From a virus: a stretch of 64,000 bases of DNA. This document shows, piece by piece, positions 41,294 to 51,304 of the stretch (the first letter of the stretch is position 1; every line of letters begins with the position of its first letter). The notes under the pieces were generated by a model. The model did no database searches, was not told the DNA's origin, and worked only from the letters and a program-made list of their open reading frames with translations. The position numbers and the translations under genes were made by a program. The stretch spans positions 15,695 to 79,694 of IMG/VR virus record IMGVR_UViG_3300031963_000075; one strand, 5' to 3'.

Positions 41294-44095
41294 TTCTTCT
41301 TCTCCTAAGAATTTTAACATAAATGGGTCTGCCAATCTATACATATGGAATGGTGATTCACCAACCTTATCCCAAAAAACCATTTCTTCATCTGATATTT
41401 GCATCACATCTTCCAGTTTGTCTTGGTCTCCCTCCTCAAAAGGTTGTCCATTAATTAACTCACATTGTTCAGTTGTGAAGAAAGGTCTGTCTTCTGGATT
41501 TTTAATCAATAAAGATTTTCTAACCTCTTGTTTAAAAACAACAAGTAACGGTTCTACTCTTTTGTTAAAAGTCGCAATTGCTCTTTGAATGTTATATTCT
41601 CCTAACATATCAGGATTGTTTTCTAAATCTGTTGGGTCTAATCTATAACAATTTAATTGGATTATTGAATCCATGTTATCTTCAGGGTATGTACCATATC
41701 CGTCAAAATAACTATCTAAATGTTCTTGTGTCCATCCTTTTTTAGGTTTGTTAACTTTTTGAACGTCTCCATGTGATGCCTTAGTTCCATTGTTAACGTA
41801 ATAGATAATATCACCAAGATTCACATTTAAGTTTTCTCTGATTGCAAGTTCCATGTGTGCTTGTCTTGACATTAAAGCCCCCGCCTTTGTCTTGGTTTTA
41901 CTTCTTGCAATATAATCGTCAATAGATTGTTTGACTTTTGACTTGTTTGCAATTTGAGCCAAAGGAATTTTTTGATCGAATATTCTTTGTAGGTATTCAT
42001 AATAGTATTCTACAAATCCTTTACCATCACCATCAAGTAACATTTTAATCGCTTTATCTAAAAATACCTCAATATACTTTGGCATCTTTTTAGATTTGAT
42101 TGAGTTACCTGTAAGTTTGATTTTACCTTTACCTGTGATAAGGGCGTAGTTCTTTCTTGCTAAGTTAATACAGGCGGGCCACTGTCCATCAGTATCAAGT
42201 GCCATTTCACCTCTCATTGCTAAGTCATTAAACTCCATCACATCAGCTTCTTCACCTACATATTCTTTACCCTCCTTAACTTTCCAATTAAGTCCCTTAC
42301 CAATGTATCTTCTACTTTCTACACCATCGGGAACAGAGAAGTTAATACCATCCGTGTCCATCACAAGTGGAGTATATCCTCTATCCATAAAGAAATGAAT
42401 CATCATTCTTAGATACTGTCTTCCTGTACAAGTAATCATCTCACCTTTATCCATGTCACCCCAATGAAATACTTGTGGTGCAGATAATGAACCAAAGAAT
42501 GCATTGATAAAGATTTTGATTGGTAACTGTTTTCTGTCAAAAGAAAGTGACTTCTTCTTGTCAATACTCGCATATTCCTCAGCCAAATTCTTATACATAA
42601 TACGGGTTGTTCTAAAATGTGATAACAAACCTTTCATCGCACCTGTTATATCGCATTCGGGAAATACATCATGAACCAACTGAATAGATGGGTATAGTGA
42701 AGAGTAGTCAAGTTTTAATACGTTCCTTGAATATCCTGTTCTGATTAACCTTGACAAACCACCAACAAAGTTTCTCTTCTCGTTTTTAGCAGGGATTGCA
42801 AGTCCATGTTTGTAAGACCATGCTAACATCAACATTTTCCATAATGTCGCAGTTCCCATTGTTGAAACTCTTTCATATGTTGTTGGTACAAGTGAGGCGA
42901 GAAGAAAAGTTCCTTGATTGAACTCCTCATCAACAAGTAGGGTTTCCTCCAAGTCATCGTCAAGATATCTCTCTACAATATCGTCACCTGTTGTTTTGAT
43001 ATATATGTCATTTCTTCTTTCACAAACCTCATCAATCTTGGTATCAATACCAACTTTTTTATAACCACCATTTTGAATGTTTAACCAATATTCGTTTTTA
43101 TTAGAATACATGGGGGCAATCTTGGTATGGTCAATATAGATACGGTCTTTTGCTTCCGCATCAATAAACTTTGTAATGTACTTAAGTCCCGCTTCTTTGA
43201 TATTAGAATTGATTGCTTGTGCTCTACGAACTGAGTGTAGAATATCAATTACGTTATAACCCCACATCTGAACTTGATTATATTTCTCAACTTCATTTGC
43301 TAATTTTAACATTGACTCCTTTTGGGATATTGGTTTGTTTGAATTAAGAGATGTATTAAGTTTTTTGATATCCAAGTTTAGAGCTTTACATCTCTCAAAA
43401 ATCCAATACCAGTCAAAGTTCGCTGAGTTGTAACCTGATATGATTGATGGTTTAATTTCTTCTATTGTCCTGAAAAACTCAACAAGTCCTCTTCTTTCTT
43501 CATCTTCGTCTTTACACTCAATTACTTTAAGAAAACCTTTGTTAGTTTTCATACCTATCATAAATATCCTACCGTCTTTTGGTTCTAAAGCGGTAGTTTC
43601 CAAGTCGAATACAAACCTCGTGATATCGTTGTATTCCTCGAATCCTTTGAATAACCTTTTTTCTTTTGAGATGAGGTATTGTTCTACAGGCGGTAGAACC
43701 ATTATTTTATCTTTTGTTTTTTCACCCCAAGGGTCTATTCCTCCGTCTCTAAAAAACTGAATGAGTGTTCTATATCCTTTAAGGGATTTAACCATAAAAG
43801 TTAAACCCCTTTCTAATCTTTCATTACCATCGGTACGTAACTTCTCAATTACAATACCATATTTAGACATTGCCTCTTTTTGTAATCCTTTAGAATTACT
43901 ATAAAAGTTTAAACCACGTAAATCACCAACCCATGCAAATGCAATAAGGTTATCTTTGACAATAGATTTACCTTTGTCAGGGACTTCTTTGATTTTAAAA
44001 ATTTTGTCGGATGCGTAATCGTACTCTATTGATACGATGTACTCTTCTGGGTCATTCCCTTCAAGGAACTTTTGAATCTCTTCTTGTGAAATCAT
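41264..44095 (-). CDS. DNA polymerase family B with 3'-5' exonuclease
   Basis: FDLETT, YNSANFD, LDYSSLYPSI, KIFINAFFG, MDTDG, ARKNY. Confidence 0.95.
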   Translation of the reverse strand: MISQEEIQKFLEGNDPEEYIVSIEYDYASDKIFKIKEVPDKGKSIVKDNLIAFAWVGDLRGLNFYSNSKGLQKEAMSKYGIVIEKLRTDGNERLERGLTFMVKSLKGYRTLIQFFRDGGIDPWGEKTKDKIMVLPPVEQYLISKEKRLFKGFEEYNDITRFVFDLETTALEPKDGRIFMIGMKTNKGFLKVIECKDEDEERRGLVEFFRTIEEIKPSIISGYNSANFDWYWIFERCKALNLDIKKLNTSLNSNKPISQKESMLKLANEVEKYNQVQMWGYNVIDILHSVRRAQAINSNIKEAGLKYITKFIDAEAKDRIYIDHTKIAPMYSNKNEYWLNIQNGGYKKVGIDTKIDEVCERRNDIYIKTTGDDIVERYLDDDLEETLLVDEEFNQGTFLLASLVPTTYERVSTMGTATLWKMLMLAWSYKHGLAIPAKNEKRNFVGGLSRLIRTGYSRNVLKLDYSSLYPSIQLVHDVFPECDITGAMKGLLSHFRTTRIMYKNLAEEYASIDKKKSLSFDRKQLPIKIFINAFFGSLSAPQVFHWGDMDKGEMITCTGRQYLRMMIHFFMDRGYTPLVMDTDGINFSVPDGVESRRYIGKGLNWKVKEGKEYVGEEADVMEFNDLAMRGEMALDTDGQWPACINLARKNYALITGKGKIKLTGNSIKSKKMPKYIEVFLDKAIKMLLDGDGKGFVEYYYEYLQRIFDQKIPLAQIANKSKVKQSIDDYIARSKTKTKAGALMSRQAHMELAIRENLNVNLGDIIYYVNNGTKASHGDVQKVNKPKKGWTQEHLDSYFDGYGTYPEDNMDSIIQLNCYRLDPTDLENNPDMLGEYNIQRAIATFNKRVEPLLVVFKQEVRKSLLIKNPEDRPFFTTEQCELINGQPFEEGDQDKLEDVMQISDEEMVFWDKVGESPFHMYRLADPFMLKFLGEEELRHFETVGG

Positions 44096-44118
44096 ATATT
44101 TTATTTTGGTGTATTTGC

Positions 44119-44136
44119 TGTCGAGTTAGGTCGACA
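44119..44136 (-). promoter_or_regulatory. 5'-UTR hairpin of the polymerase gene
   Basis: Sense TGTCGA-CCTAAC-TCGACA, 23 nt upstream of ATG. Confidence 0.5.
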
Positions 44137-44151
44137 TTTACCTTCAAATAA

Positions 44152-44180
44152 AATATAGGAGTAAAAATTACTCTTATCAA
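44152..44180 (-). promoter_or_regulatory. Putative early/middle promoter of DNA polymerase
   Basis: Sense TTGATA-N17-TATATT(TT), same architecture as the SSB promoter. Confidence 0.6.
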
Positions 44181-44818
44181 CTGAGATTTTGAAAATGTTT
44201 AGCTATTCTTTTACTGAGTCTTACTCTTGGGTCATCTTCAGTCCTCCCAACCACATTATATGGTACTATAAATCCAAAACTTAAGAATACCCTTCTTGAA
44301 TTGAACTCGTTTGTCCAATGTTTATAGAGTGAAGCTTCAAAACCATATAAATCGGTTTCTTCAATGTGGATAGATTCTTTGTCAACAAAAAAATTATAAT
44401 TGTCAGATAAAACACTTATATTACATTTATAGTTTATGTAACCGTCAAGTGATGCGTCATAATGTGGATTTATTTTTCCACCTTTACTCATATCAACCGC
44501 TTGTAAAAAAATGTTATCTTTTGGAAAATTAAATTCTTCAGAAATTTTATTTATTAAATTATATATAAAATTAGGTAGATGTTCTTTTGAAACATCGGAT
44601 ATTGATTGAAATTTTGTAATATAATTTGTTAAAGGTGTATTGGAAATGTCAAACATAAAAGATTTACCATTAAGCGTTTTGGATAATTCTGTTAGGTGGT
44701 GATTACTATTGTTACCACTATGATTAACAGAATCAATCCATTTTACTATTTGGTCTACTTCATCTTTTGAGATGAATTTTTTTTTTATCTTACAGGTTTC
44801 CAATTCCGTATTTTCCAA
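44177..44818 (-). CDS. 2OG-Fe(II) dioxygenase
   Basis: GGKINPHYD (HxD), distal His in LYKHWT, RRVFLSFG (2OG-binding Arg). Confidence 0.75.
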   Translation of the reverse strand: MENTELETCKIKKKFISKDEVDQIVKWIDSVNHSGNNSNHHLTELSKTLNGKSFMFDISNTPLTNYITKFQSISDVSKEHLPNFIYNLINKISEEFNFPKDNIFLQAVDMSKGGKINPHYDASLDGYINYKCNISVLSDNYNFFVDKESIHIEETDLYGFEASLYKHWTNEFNSRRVFLSFGFIVPYNVVGRTEDDPRVRLSKRIAKHFQNLS

Positions 44819-45056
44819 TTTTTTTTAAATTATGTTTTTCCAAAAACTCTTTTGGGTTCATTACTTCAATAATTGTTAATTCAGCAGAATCCATAAGTTG
44901 TTTTGCCTTTTCTTCAGGAACTGCCATAACACACAATTTATGAGTTGCTGGTAATTCTCCTGTTGGTGATAAATCTATTTTTAAGATATTATCATTTTTC
45001 ATTTTTTCTCTTGCTTGAAGAACTTTGCTTTCTTCACATAATATACAGATTCTCAT
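44790..45056 (-). CDS. Hypothetical protein (88 aa)
   Basis: ORF between fibre and oxygenase, overlapping the latter. Confidence 0.65.
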   Translation of the reverse strand: MRICILCEESKVLQAREKMKNDNILKIDLSPTGELPATHKLCVMAVPEEKAKQLMDSAELTIIEVMNPKEFLEKHNLKKIGKYGIGNL

Positions 45057-45076
45057 GTTTTGAATTTCTTATACGT

Positions 45077-47512
45077 TTATATAGTTATGTTGATGGTATC
45101 CGAACTATCATAATAGGACAACCTTTTACTTCCACCCTGTCTCTCAAAAATTTGACAAGTATATGACTCATAAACTGATGGGTTAGAACTTACACCCGTT
45201 ACTGTAATAACAACATCATCATCAACATCCGTACCTCCTATTTGTGTTCCAAGTATTGTTATGGTATCACCTGTTTGATATAATTTGCCTTGTGTATTAC
45301 CACTAACACCAACTACAGATCCTCCTGAAACCTCAATATCAAAAGATGCATTTACACCAATACCGTTTGTTACACCAGTTAATGACGTGTATGTACTATT
45401 TATTGCGGTAGTTCCTGTTGCAGTAAATGAAAATCCTGTGATGTTTCCATAATTGGTTGTAAAATCAACTGTAGTGATAAATGTGTCTATAATATTCCAT
45501 TGAAAATTGTTACCTATTGTATTTTCATTAAAATCATTACCTATTGTATTTTCATTAAAATTTTCACCTATTGTATTTCCAGCAAATTCATTACCTATTG
45601 TATTTCTACTAAAATCAGGTCCTATTGTATTAGTATTAAACGCGGAACCCCAAATGTTATTACTAACATAACCTAAAAAGTCATTATTAAAAGTATATGA
45701 ACCAATATTATTACCATAAGTACCTCCTGAAAACTGATTACCACCAACAAAAGAATCAACATTGTTTTCTTCAAATGACAGAAGCATCATATTACCTTTA
45801 AATTCATTTGATATTTTGTTGTGATTGAAATTATCATAAATTGTATTATTTTCAAATGTATTACCGATAACATTATTAGTGGTTTGTCCACTTATGTCGT
45901 TATTAAAAAACGAAACACCAACGTTATTTTTATAAAAATCTTGAGTTATTATATTGTTGTTGAAATTGGTACCTATTTTATTTTCATTAAATGCGCTAAT
46001 ACCAATGTTATTAATATCCCCTAGTGTGTTATTATTAAAATTATCACCAACTGTATTACTCTCAAACGAACTATATATATTATTACTGAAGAAACTAGGT
46101 CCGATTATATTAACAATAAAATCTGAATATACTTTATTAATAAAAAACGATTCTCCGATTATATTATTTGTAAAATTATTAGTGTCTAATAAATTTTCAT
46201 AAAAACTACCAACAATTTGGTTATTCTCAAATCCTGAATCAATTATATTATTATAAAAGTCACTACCAATATTATTGTTTATAAAGCCATCTTGTGACAT
46301 TGTTATAAAGTTAGACGAAAAGTTTACACCAATTCTATTATTGTCAAAATCAAACCCATCATCATCCCCAATCATATTATCTTGAAATCTCTCCCCAATC
46401 AAATTACCATCCATATCACAGTCGATAATATTTCTTTGGAAGTCCGTCCCGACTGTATTATCGTCAAAATCATTTGTAATAATATTATACTTAAAATTTG
46501 AACCACAAATATTTGAATCCATGTCTTCGTTAAATGTATTACCTTCAACACCTCCACCAAAATAGTTATTTCTATAAGTTCCTGATAAAAATACATTGTT
46601 GGATAGTAAAAATGTGTTGTAATTATTAAAATTACCCAAATAAGTATTTAAATTTAAATTATTATTAAAAGTATAATATTCTGAAAACCCTGTATATCCA
46701 GAACTTATAACGTTACATTGGAATGGACTCATATGTTGAGGTAAAGATATACCTCTTGAATAATATGTGTCGGATATGGTAGGTATTGTAGTTCCTGTGA
46801 CATACATTTCGGTATCACTTGTTATACTTGTAATTTCAAAATACCCAAAAGAACCAATCGGAAATTGACCAAAATTATTGTAAACTCCTAAAATGTCTCC
46901 AACAACAAAGTCACTGTTAAAAAAAGTTGTAAACCCTGTAACAAGTCCTGTTGGGTCAATAGTAATACTACCATCTAGTAATTGTTCAGAAAAAAAACCT
47001 TCGTATCTTATAAATTGAACTGCTCTGAAATCATAATCGGCTCTGTTATTTTTTTCATCAATTCTTTCTGTAATCCTACCCTTCGCAGGACTTGATGTGA
47101 CCTCAGTTGTATTCCAATTTATATCATAAGTAATTTTATCTTGTGGGTATAATGTTGAATATACAGTTGGTGAAAATCCTGTTGTTGAAGTTGCTAATAA
47201 TAACAATGGTTCAGTATTACCCGTTTTATAGTTACCTGTCACAATTGGGTCACCAACATTATTGAAATTAGGTTGGTCGTAACAAGTTTGAAAATCGGTC
47301 ATTAAATAATAACCGCCAGGTGTTAAAGTTCCTCCAGTATATAAAGAATATAACTCATCGTAAGTTACTTCTTCATAAGTTCCTCCACCTGTTGATAAAC
47401 CTGAATAAGGAATATGAAAAGTGAAACCACTTTGTTCGATTGGAAATAACGAATTACTTGTTATTCCTGTTGATAGTGCTAATTCTCCTATTGTTTTTCC
47501 TGAAAGTATCAT
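45077..47512 (-). CDS. Fibre/spike protein with Asn-rich beta-solenoid
   Basis: 9-residue repeats N-x-I-G-x-x-F-x-x over ~350 aa; N-terminal GKTIGEL motif. Confidence 0.65.
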   Translation of the reverse strand: MILSGKTIGELALSTGITSNSLFPIEQSGFTFHIPYSGLSTGGGTYEEVTYDELYSLYTGGTLTPGGYYLMTDFQTCYDQPNFNNVGDPIVTGNYKTGNTEPLLLLATSTTGFSPTVYSTLYPQDKITYDINWNTTEVTSSPAKGRITERIDEKNNRADYDFRAVQFIRYEGFFSEQLLDGSITIDPTGLVTGFTTFFNSDFVVGDILGVYNNFGQFPIGSFGYFEITSITSDTEMYVTGTTIPTISDTYYSRGISLPQHMSPFQCNVISSGYTGFSEYYTFNNNLNLNTYLGNFNNYNTFLLSNNVFLSGTYRNNYFGGGVEGNTFNEDMDSNICGSNFKYNIITNDFDDNTVGTDFQRNIIDCDMDGNLIGERFQDNMIGDDDGFDFDNNRIGVNFSSNFITMSQDGFINNNIGSDFYNNIIDSGFENNQIVGSFYENLLDTNNFTNNIIGESFFINKVYSDFIVNIIGPSFFSNNIYSSFESNTVGDNFNNNTLGDINNIGISAFNENKIGTNFNNNIITQDFYKNNVGVSFFNNDISGQTTNNVIGNTFENNTIYDNFNHNKISNEFKGNMMLLSFEENNVDSFVGGNQFSGGTYGNNIGSYTFNNDFLGYVSNNIWGSAFNTNTIGPDFSRNTIGNEFAGNTIGENFNENTIGNDFNENTIGNNFQWNIIDTFITTVDFTTNYGNITGFSFTATGTTAINSTYTSLTGVTNGIGVNASFDIEVSGGSVVGVSGNTQGKLYQTGDTITILGTQIGGTDVDDDVVITVTGVSSNPSVYESYTCQIFERQGGSKRLSYYDSSDTINITI

Positions 47513-47575
47513 TTTTTTGTTTTTTTATATAAATATCATATTTTGTTTATTAATTAAGTTAAGATGTTACATCGT

Positions 47576-49006
47576 TTAGGTTGGTGTTGGAGTTGGTGTT
47601 GGAGTGGGTTCTTGTTCAAATTGTAGTTCGTTAACTAAAATATTTAATGGAAAATCAATGTCAATAGGTTGGATGAACACTTCTCCCGTTTTGGTTAACA
47701 AACTATAATTTAAAGCAGGATTAGTAGAAATTGTTTGACCTGATGTCTCATTTTTTGGTATTATTACTGTTGACCCTATTGTTATATCCCCACCACCAAT
47801 TAAATCTAAATTAACACTTATTGGTAATGAGACGTTTTTATTGATAGGGATATTTGAATTTACAGTAAAATAAGTAACAACTGAACCACTTGAGACATAA
47901 ATACTTACGGTATATATAATTTCTGGATCTTTATATTCCAAATAAGAATTGTTTTCCACATCAATGTATTCATGATTTTCGGTTATAATTGGGTTAATTA
48001 ATACTTCAAACGTTGGTGTAACTGTAGGTGTTGGTGTAACTGTAGGTGTTGGTGTAACTGTAGGTGTTGGTGTAACTGTAGGTGTTGGTGTAACTGTAGG
48101 TGTTGGTGTAACTGTAGGTGTTGGTGTAACTGTAGGTGTTGGTGTAACTGTAGGTGTTGGTGTTGGGGTTATAGAGTAGATTTCATTTATAGTATATGTT
48201 AAATAATTTGGACTAAATAGTATGTTAGAAAAAACATCATTTCTTGTAAGATTATTGTAATCCACATCTAAAATAACTTGTGTTGTCCCCGAAATATCTT
48301 GTAAATCTATAGTAACACCTGTTGTGATAGTAATTGGGTTACCACTATAAACATCAAGAGTATGTGTAAAATACATCAACACTGGTTCATTAACATTTTG
48401 GTTTGCGGTTAAATTGTAATCAATAATTGTTGAACCTGTCGTAATTACCACATTTAAAACTACTTCCAATGGTATTGTTGTTGTCGTTGTTACTACAGGA
48501 CTTGTTGTTGTTGTCGTTGTAATAGGTGGGCACGGTTGACAAGTCGGACAAGGAGTTGTAGTGGTAGTTGTGGTTGTTTTAAAAGGTACATCAACACAAC
48601 ATGGGAATTCACTTACATAACATGAATCATAAGGTAAATCATCCGCAATATAAGACTCCTGAACATTTATAAAAAGTTTTTCTCTAATTGGTAAAATTAA
48701 AACCCCATCAGAATTTCGTAATAAAAATTGACCTTCGTATCTCCCGACTTTATTTGTGTCTTTATTTTGAAATTGGTAATATACATAATATTCGGGGTCT
48801 GCGTTTGGTTCTAATAATTTTTTAGACACAAATCCCGCTGGTCTAGTAACTATTTTAGGAATACCTGTTTCTATGTCAACCATAGAAAAGAATATTGCAG
48901 ATTCTTCTATTAAAGACATCATTCTATTGAAGTCACTTCTTCCATCTTTAACAACTTGTATTTTTAGTAGAGGTAAAGTAGCGTTTTTCTTAATAAAGAA
49001 TTCCAT
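47576..49006 (-). CDS. Structural protein: BppU-like N-terminal beta-domain plus Thr/Pro mucin-like repeats
   Basis: MEFFIKKNATLPLLK..VYYQF..GRYEGQF, poly-Thr and (PTPTVT)n tracts, two related beta-rich domains. Confidence 0.65.
   Translation of the reverse strand: MEFFIKKNATLPLLKIQVVKDGRSDFNRMMSLIEESAIFFSMVDIETGIPKIVTRPAGFVSKKLLEPNADPEYYVYYQFQNKDTNKVGRYEGQFLLRNSDGVLILPIREKLFINVQESYIADDLPYDSCYVSEFPCCVDVPFKTTTTTTTTPCPTCQPCPPITTTTTTSPVVTTTTTIPLEVVLNVVITTGSTIIDYNLTANQNVNEPVLMYFTHTLDVYSGNPITITTGVTIDLQDISGTTQVILDVDYNNLTRNDVFSNILFSPNYLTYTINEIYSITPTPTPTVTPTPTVTPTPTVTPTPTVTPTPTVTPTPTVTPTPTVTPTPTVTPTFEVLINPIITENHEYIDVENNSYLEYKDPEIIYTVSIYVSSGSVVTYFTVNSNIPINKNVSLPISVNLDLIGGGDITIGSTVIIPKNETSGQTISTNPALNYSLLTKTGEVFIQPIDIDFPLNILVNELQFEQEPTPTPTPTPT
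48012..48155. repeat. Perfect 18-bp tandem repeat x8 encoding (TPTVTP)n
   Basis: GTTGGTGTAACTGTAGGT repeated 8 times with no mismatch. Confidence 0.95.
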
Positions 49007-49034
49007 TAAATGTTTTTAATAATAAATATATCAA

Positions 49035-50717
49035 TCAACATTCTTTTCTAAGATGGGCTTCGTAAAATTCAAATCTATTATGTTCGGTTGGTGTTAATAA
49101 TAAAACAGCTGGGTTAATTTTACCTTTAATAGTTTCTTGATAACAATGACTCATAAGTGTCTGTTCATATGGGTGTTGAAATTTAGTTTCTAAATAACAT
49201 TTGTAGTTACCCTCTTTAGACATTATAATTGGCCAATTAGAAAGATATATTTCACCACTAGCATATGGTACATTTTTATGGGACTTTATATATTTAAACT
49301 CTAAGTTTGGGGAATCTTTATCCAATCCTTGTTTAGGTAAGTTTTTATTTTCAGGCCAGTGAGATTCTCTAAATGATTGAGGGACATTATACCAAGACCA
49401 TTGTTTGTCATGACTACCAAAAAATTCCGTAAAATTTAATTTTAAAAAATCAAAACCTTCTTTAGTCATAATTTCAATTGACGAGTTAAACAAATTTTTA
49501 ATCTTTCTGTTGAACCCATTTTTACATACATTGTCTATACCATTGTAAAAAAACATATCATCCTCAAAAAAGAAATAGTGACTTAAATTTTCTTGGTCAT
49601 TAAAATGTTCCGCAATAAATTGCCTTCCACCTGTAATTCCTATGTTATCTTTTTTGATATGAACAAATCCATACATATCACATAATTGTAGATATTTTTC
49701 TGTTGTTGATAGGTCAGTAGAATTATTTAATAAAAACTTATTTGTTTTATTTAAAAAATTAGTATCATATTCTAACATAGAGTCAATTAAAGTCTCAAAT
49801 TGTTTCGGGGAATTGAAAGAGATTACATATAGTCCTATGTCTTTTACTTCCTTAATTATTTTTGTTTTTTCTATATTAGATGTAATAGATTTAATTTTTA
49901 CGGTTTCATTTTTTACGTCTTCAAAAAATCGGTATAAAAGTCCGTTTGATTCTATTTCACAATAATCTATTAAGTTAGGATACAAATAAGTCATAATTGT
50001 AAACAAACTTTCTTCAGTCCCCATCAAACCATTTTTTAATGTATCCATCATCAAACTATAATATTTAGAATTCATTTCCGAAATTGTGTCTTTATTCCCA
50101 CCAAAAAAACCACCTCTACAAACAAACTTGGGGTTTTGTGTAGAAAGTTCACACATTTTTTCATAATTAAAACCATGTATTTCCGTATTGGTCTCATACG
50201 GAAAACAAATAAATAAAAATTTTTCTGTTAAACTTTTTATTTTATTTAAAACATCGTCATGTGTAAAATAACCTGAATGAACAGTATTTGTGATTCCGGC
50301 ATCTATCCAAAATAATTTATCAGAATTAAATTTATCCAATATTTTTGCATCATGAAGAAGAAACATTTTTGACATTACAAGTGGATTATACATATCAAGT
50401 TTGGATTGTGTTGACTCTTTTAACCACCCAACCTGATTATACCAATTTGGGTTAGTTCTTATTGTTTGTATTGTCTCGTAATAATCGTTTGACTTAAACC
50501 AATTTAAATCCCTTAAAATAAATTGGGTTTTATCTGAATCACGCCTTTCATTAACAAAATGTTTAAGATTTTCATCTCCGTATATTATAAGATTGCAATC
50601 AACCCTCAACAATTCTTCCAACTTGTTTAGATAATGTTCATAGCTTCTAGACCATCCTTCTTCTAGATTACCTCTACCAATGTCCCATAAACCAGTGACT
50701 AATGTTATTTTATCCAT
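49035..50717 (-). CDS. Two-domain glycosyltransferase: HtrL/YibB-like plus GT-A (GT2-like) domain
   Basis: TLVTGLWDIGR, YNPLVMSKMFLL, FWIDAG, GGFFGG, GTEES; second domain LYVISFNSP..NIGITGGR..FFEDD. Confidence 0.7.
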   Translation of the reverse strand: MDKITLVTGLWDIGRGNLEEGWSRSYEHYLNKLEELLRVDCNLIIYGDENLKHFVNERRDSDKTQFILRDLNWFKSNDYYETIQTIRTNPNWYNQVGWLKESTQSKLDMYNPLVMSKMFLLHDAKILDKFNSDKLFWIDAGITNTVHSGYFTHDDVLNKIKSLTEKFLFICFPYETNTEIHGFNYEKMCELSTQNPKFVCRGGFFGGNKDTISEMNSKYYSLMMDTLKNGLMGTEESLFTIMTYLYPNLIDYCEIESNGLLYRFFEDVKNETVKIKSITSNIEKTKIIKEVKDIGLYVISFNSPKQFETLIDSMLEYDTNFLNKTNKFLLNNSTDLSTTEKYLQLCDMYGFVHIKKDNIGITGGRQFIAEHFNDQENLSHYFFFEDDMFFYNGIDNVCKNGFNRKIKNLFNSSIEIMTKEGFDFLKLNFTEFFGSHDKQWSWYNVPQSFRESHWPENKNLPKQGLDKDSPNLEFKYIKSHKNVPYASGEIYLSNWPIIMSKEGNYKCYLETKFQHPYEQTLMSHCYQETIKGKINPAVLLLTPTEHNRFEFYEAHLRKEC

Positions 50718-50719
50718 TT

Positions 50720-51301
50720 TTATTTTTTTAATTCCGCATAATCAGACCATCCCCCATAACCAACATTATGGGTTATAATATAATTTTTATTTATCAAAAA
50801 GTTTTTTAACTCTATTCCGTTTATATGTAAATTTTCATAATAAATCTTATCAATAATAAATTTATTAAAATTTATTGATTTAATGATTTTATCATCAAAA
50901 CCTTCTGTATCAATATAAAGTATGTCAATTTTGGTTAAATTGTATTTTTCTAATAAACGGTTAATACATAAACAATCAAGTTCACGATAACAAACACCAT
51001 TTTCTGTATAATGATTTCTAACTTTTATTGAATGGGTTTTGTTTAAACTAGCCAATTCAAACTTATTAATATGGTTAGTATCTTCTTCATGAAAATAAAT
51101 TTTCTCCTTTGTTAGATTTTCATCATCGGTTATTATTATATTTTCCAAATTAATATTCCCAACATGAGAATAACATTTTAATAAACTTTCATTATGTTCA
51201 ATGAAAGGTTCTACAAGTATTAATTTATTGATATTTTCATTTTGTATTAAATCTGTGAAATCATCGAATCCTCTGTTCGACCCTATTTGAACTGCTATCA
51301 T
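50720..51301 (-). CDS. FkbM-family SAM-dependent methyltransferase
   Basis: VQIGSNRG, LVEP, IDILYIDTEGFD, IYYE. Confidence 0.8.
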   Translation of the reverse strand: MIAVQIGSNRGFDDFTDLIQNENINKLILVEPFIEHNESLLKCYSHVGNINLENIIITDDENLTKEKIYFHEEDTNHINKFELASLNKTHSIKVRNHYTENGVCYRELDCLCINRLLEKYNLTKIDILYIDTEGFDDKIIKSINFNKFIIDKIYYENLHINGIELKNFLINKNYIITHNVGYGGWSDYAELKK

Positions 51302-51304
51302 TTT

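Noticed and set aside
7292-44095. Introns or inteins in RNR, helicase, RecA, SNF2 or polymerase
   Set aside because: Proteins have normal lengths with contiguous motifs; no intein termini or homing endonuclease ORFs seen
48012-48155. Tandem repeats as a possible CRISPR array
   Set aside because: No spacers; the unit is a multiple of 3 and lies in frame within a CDS
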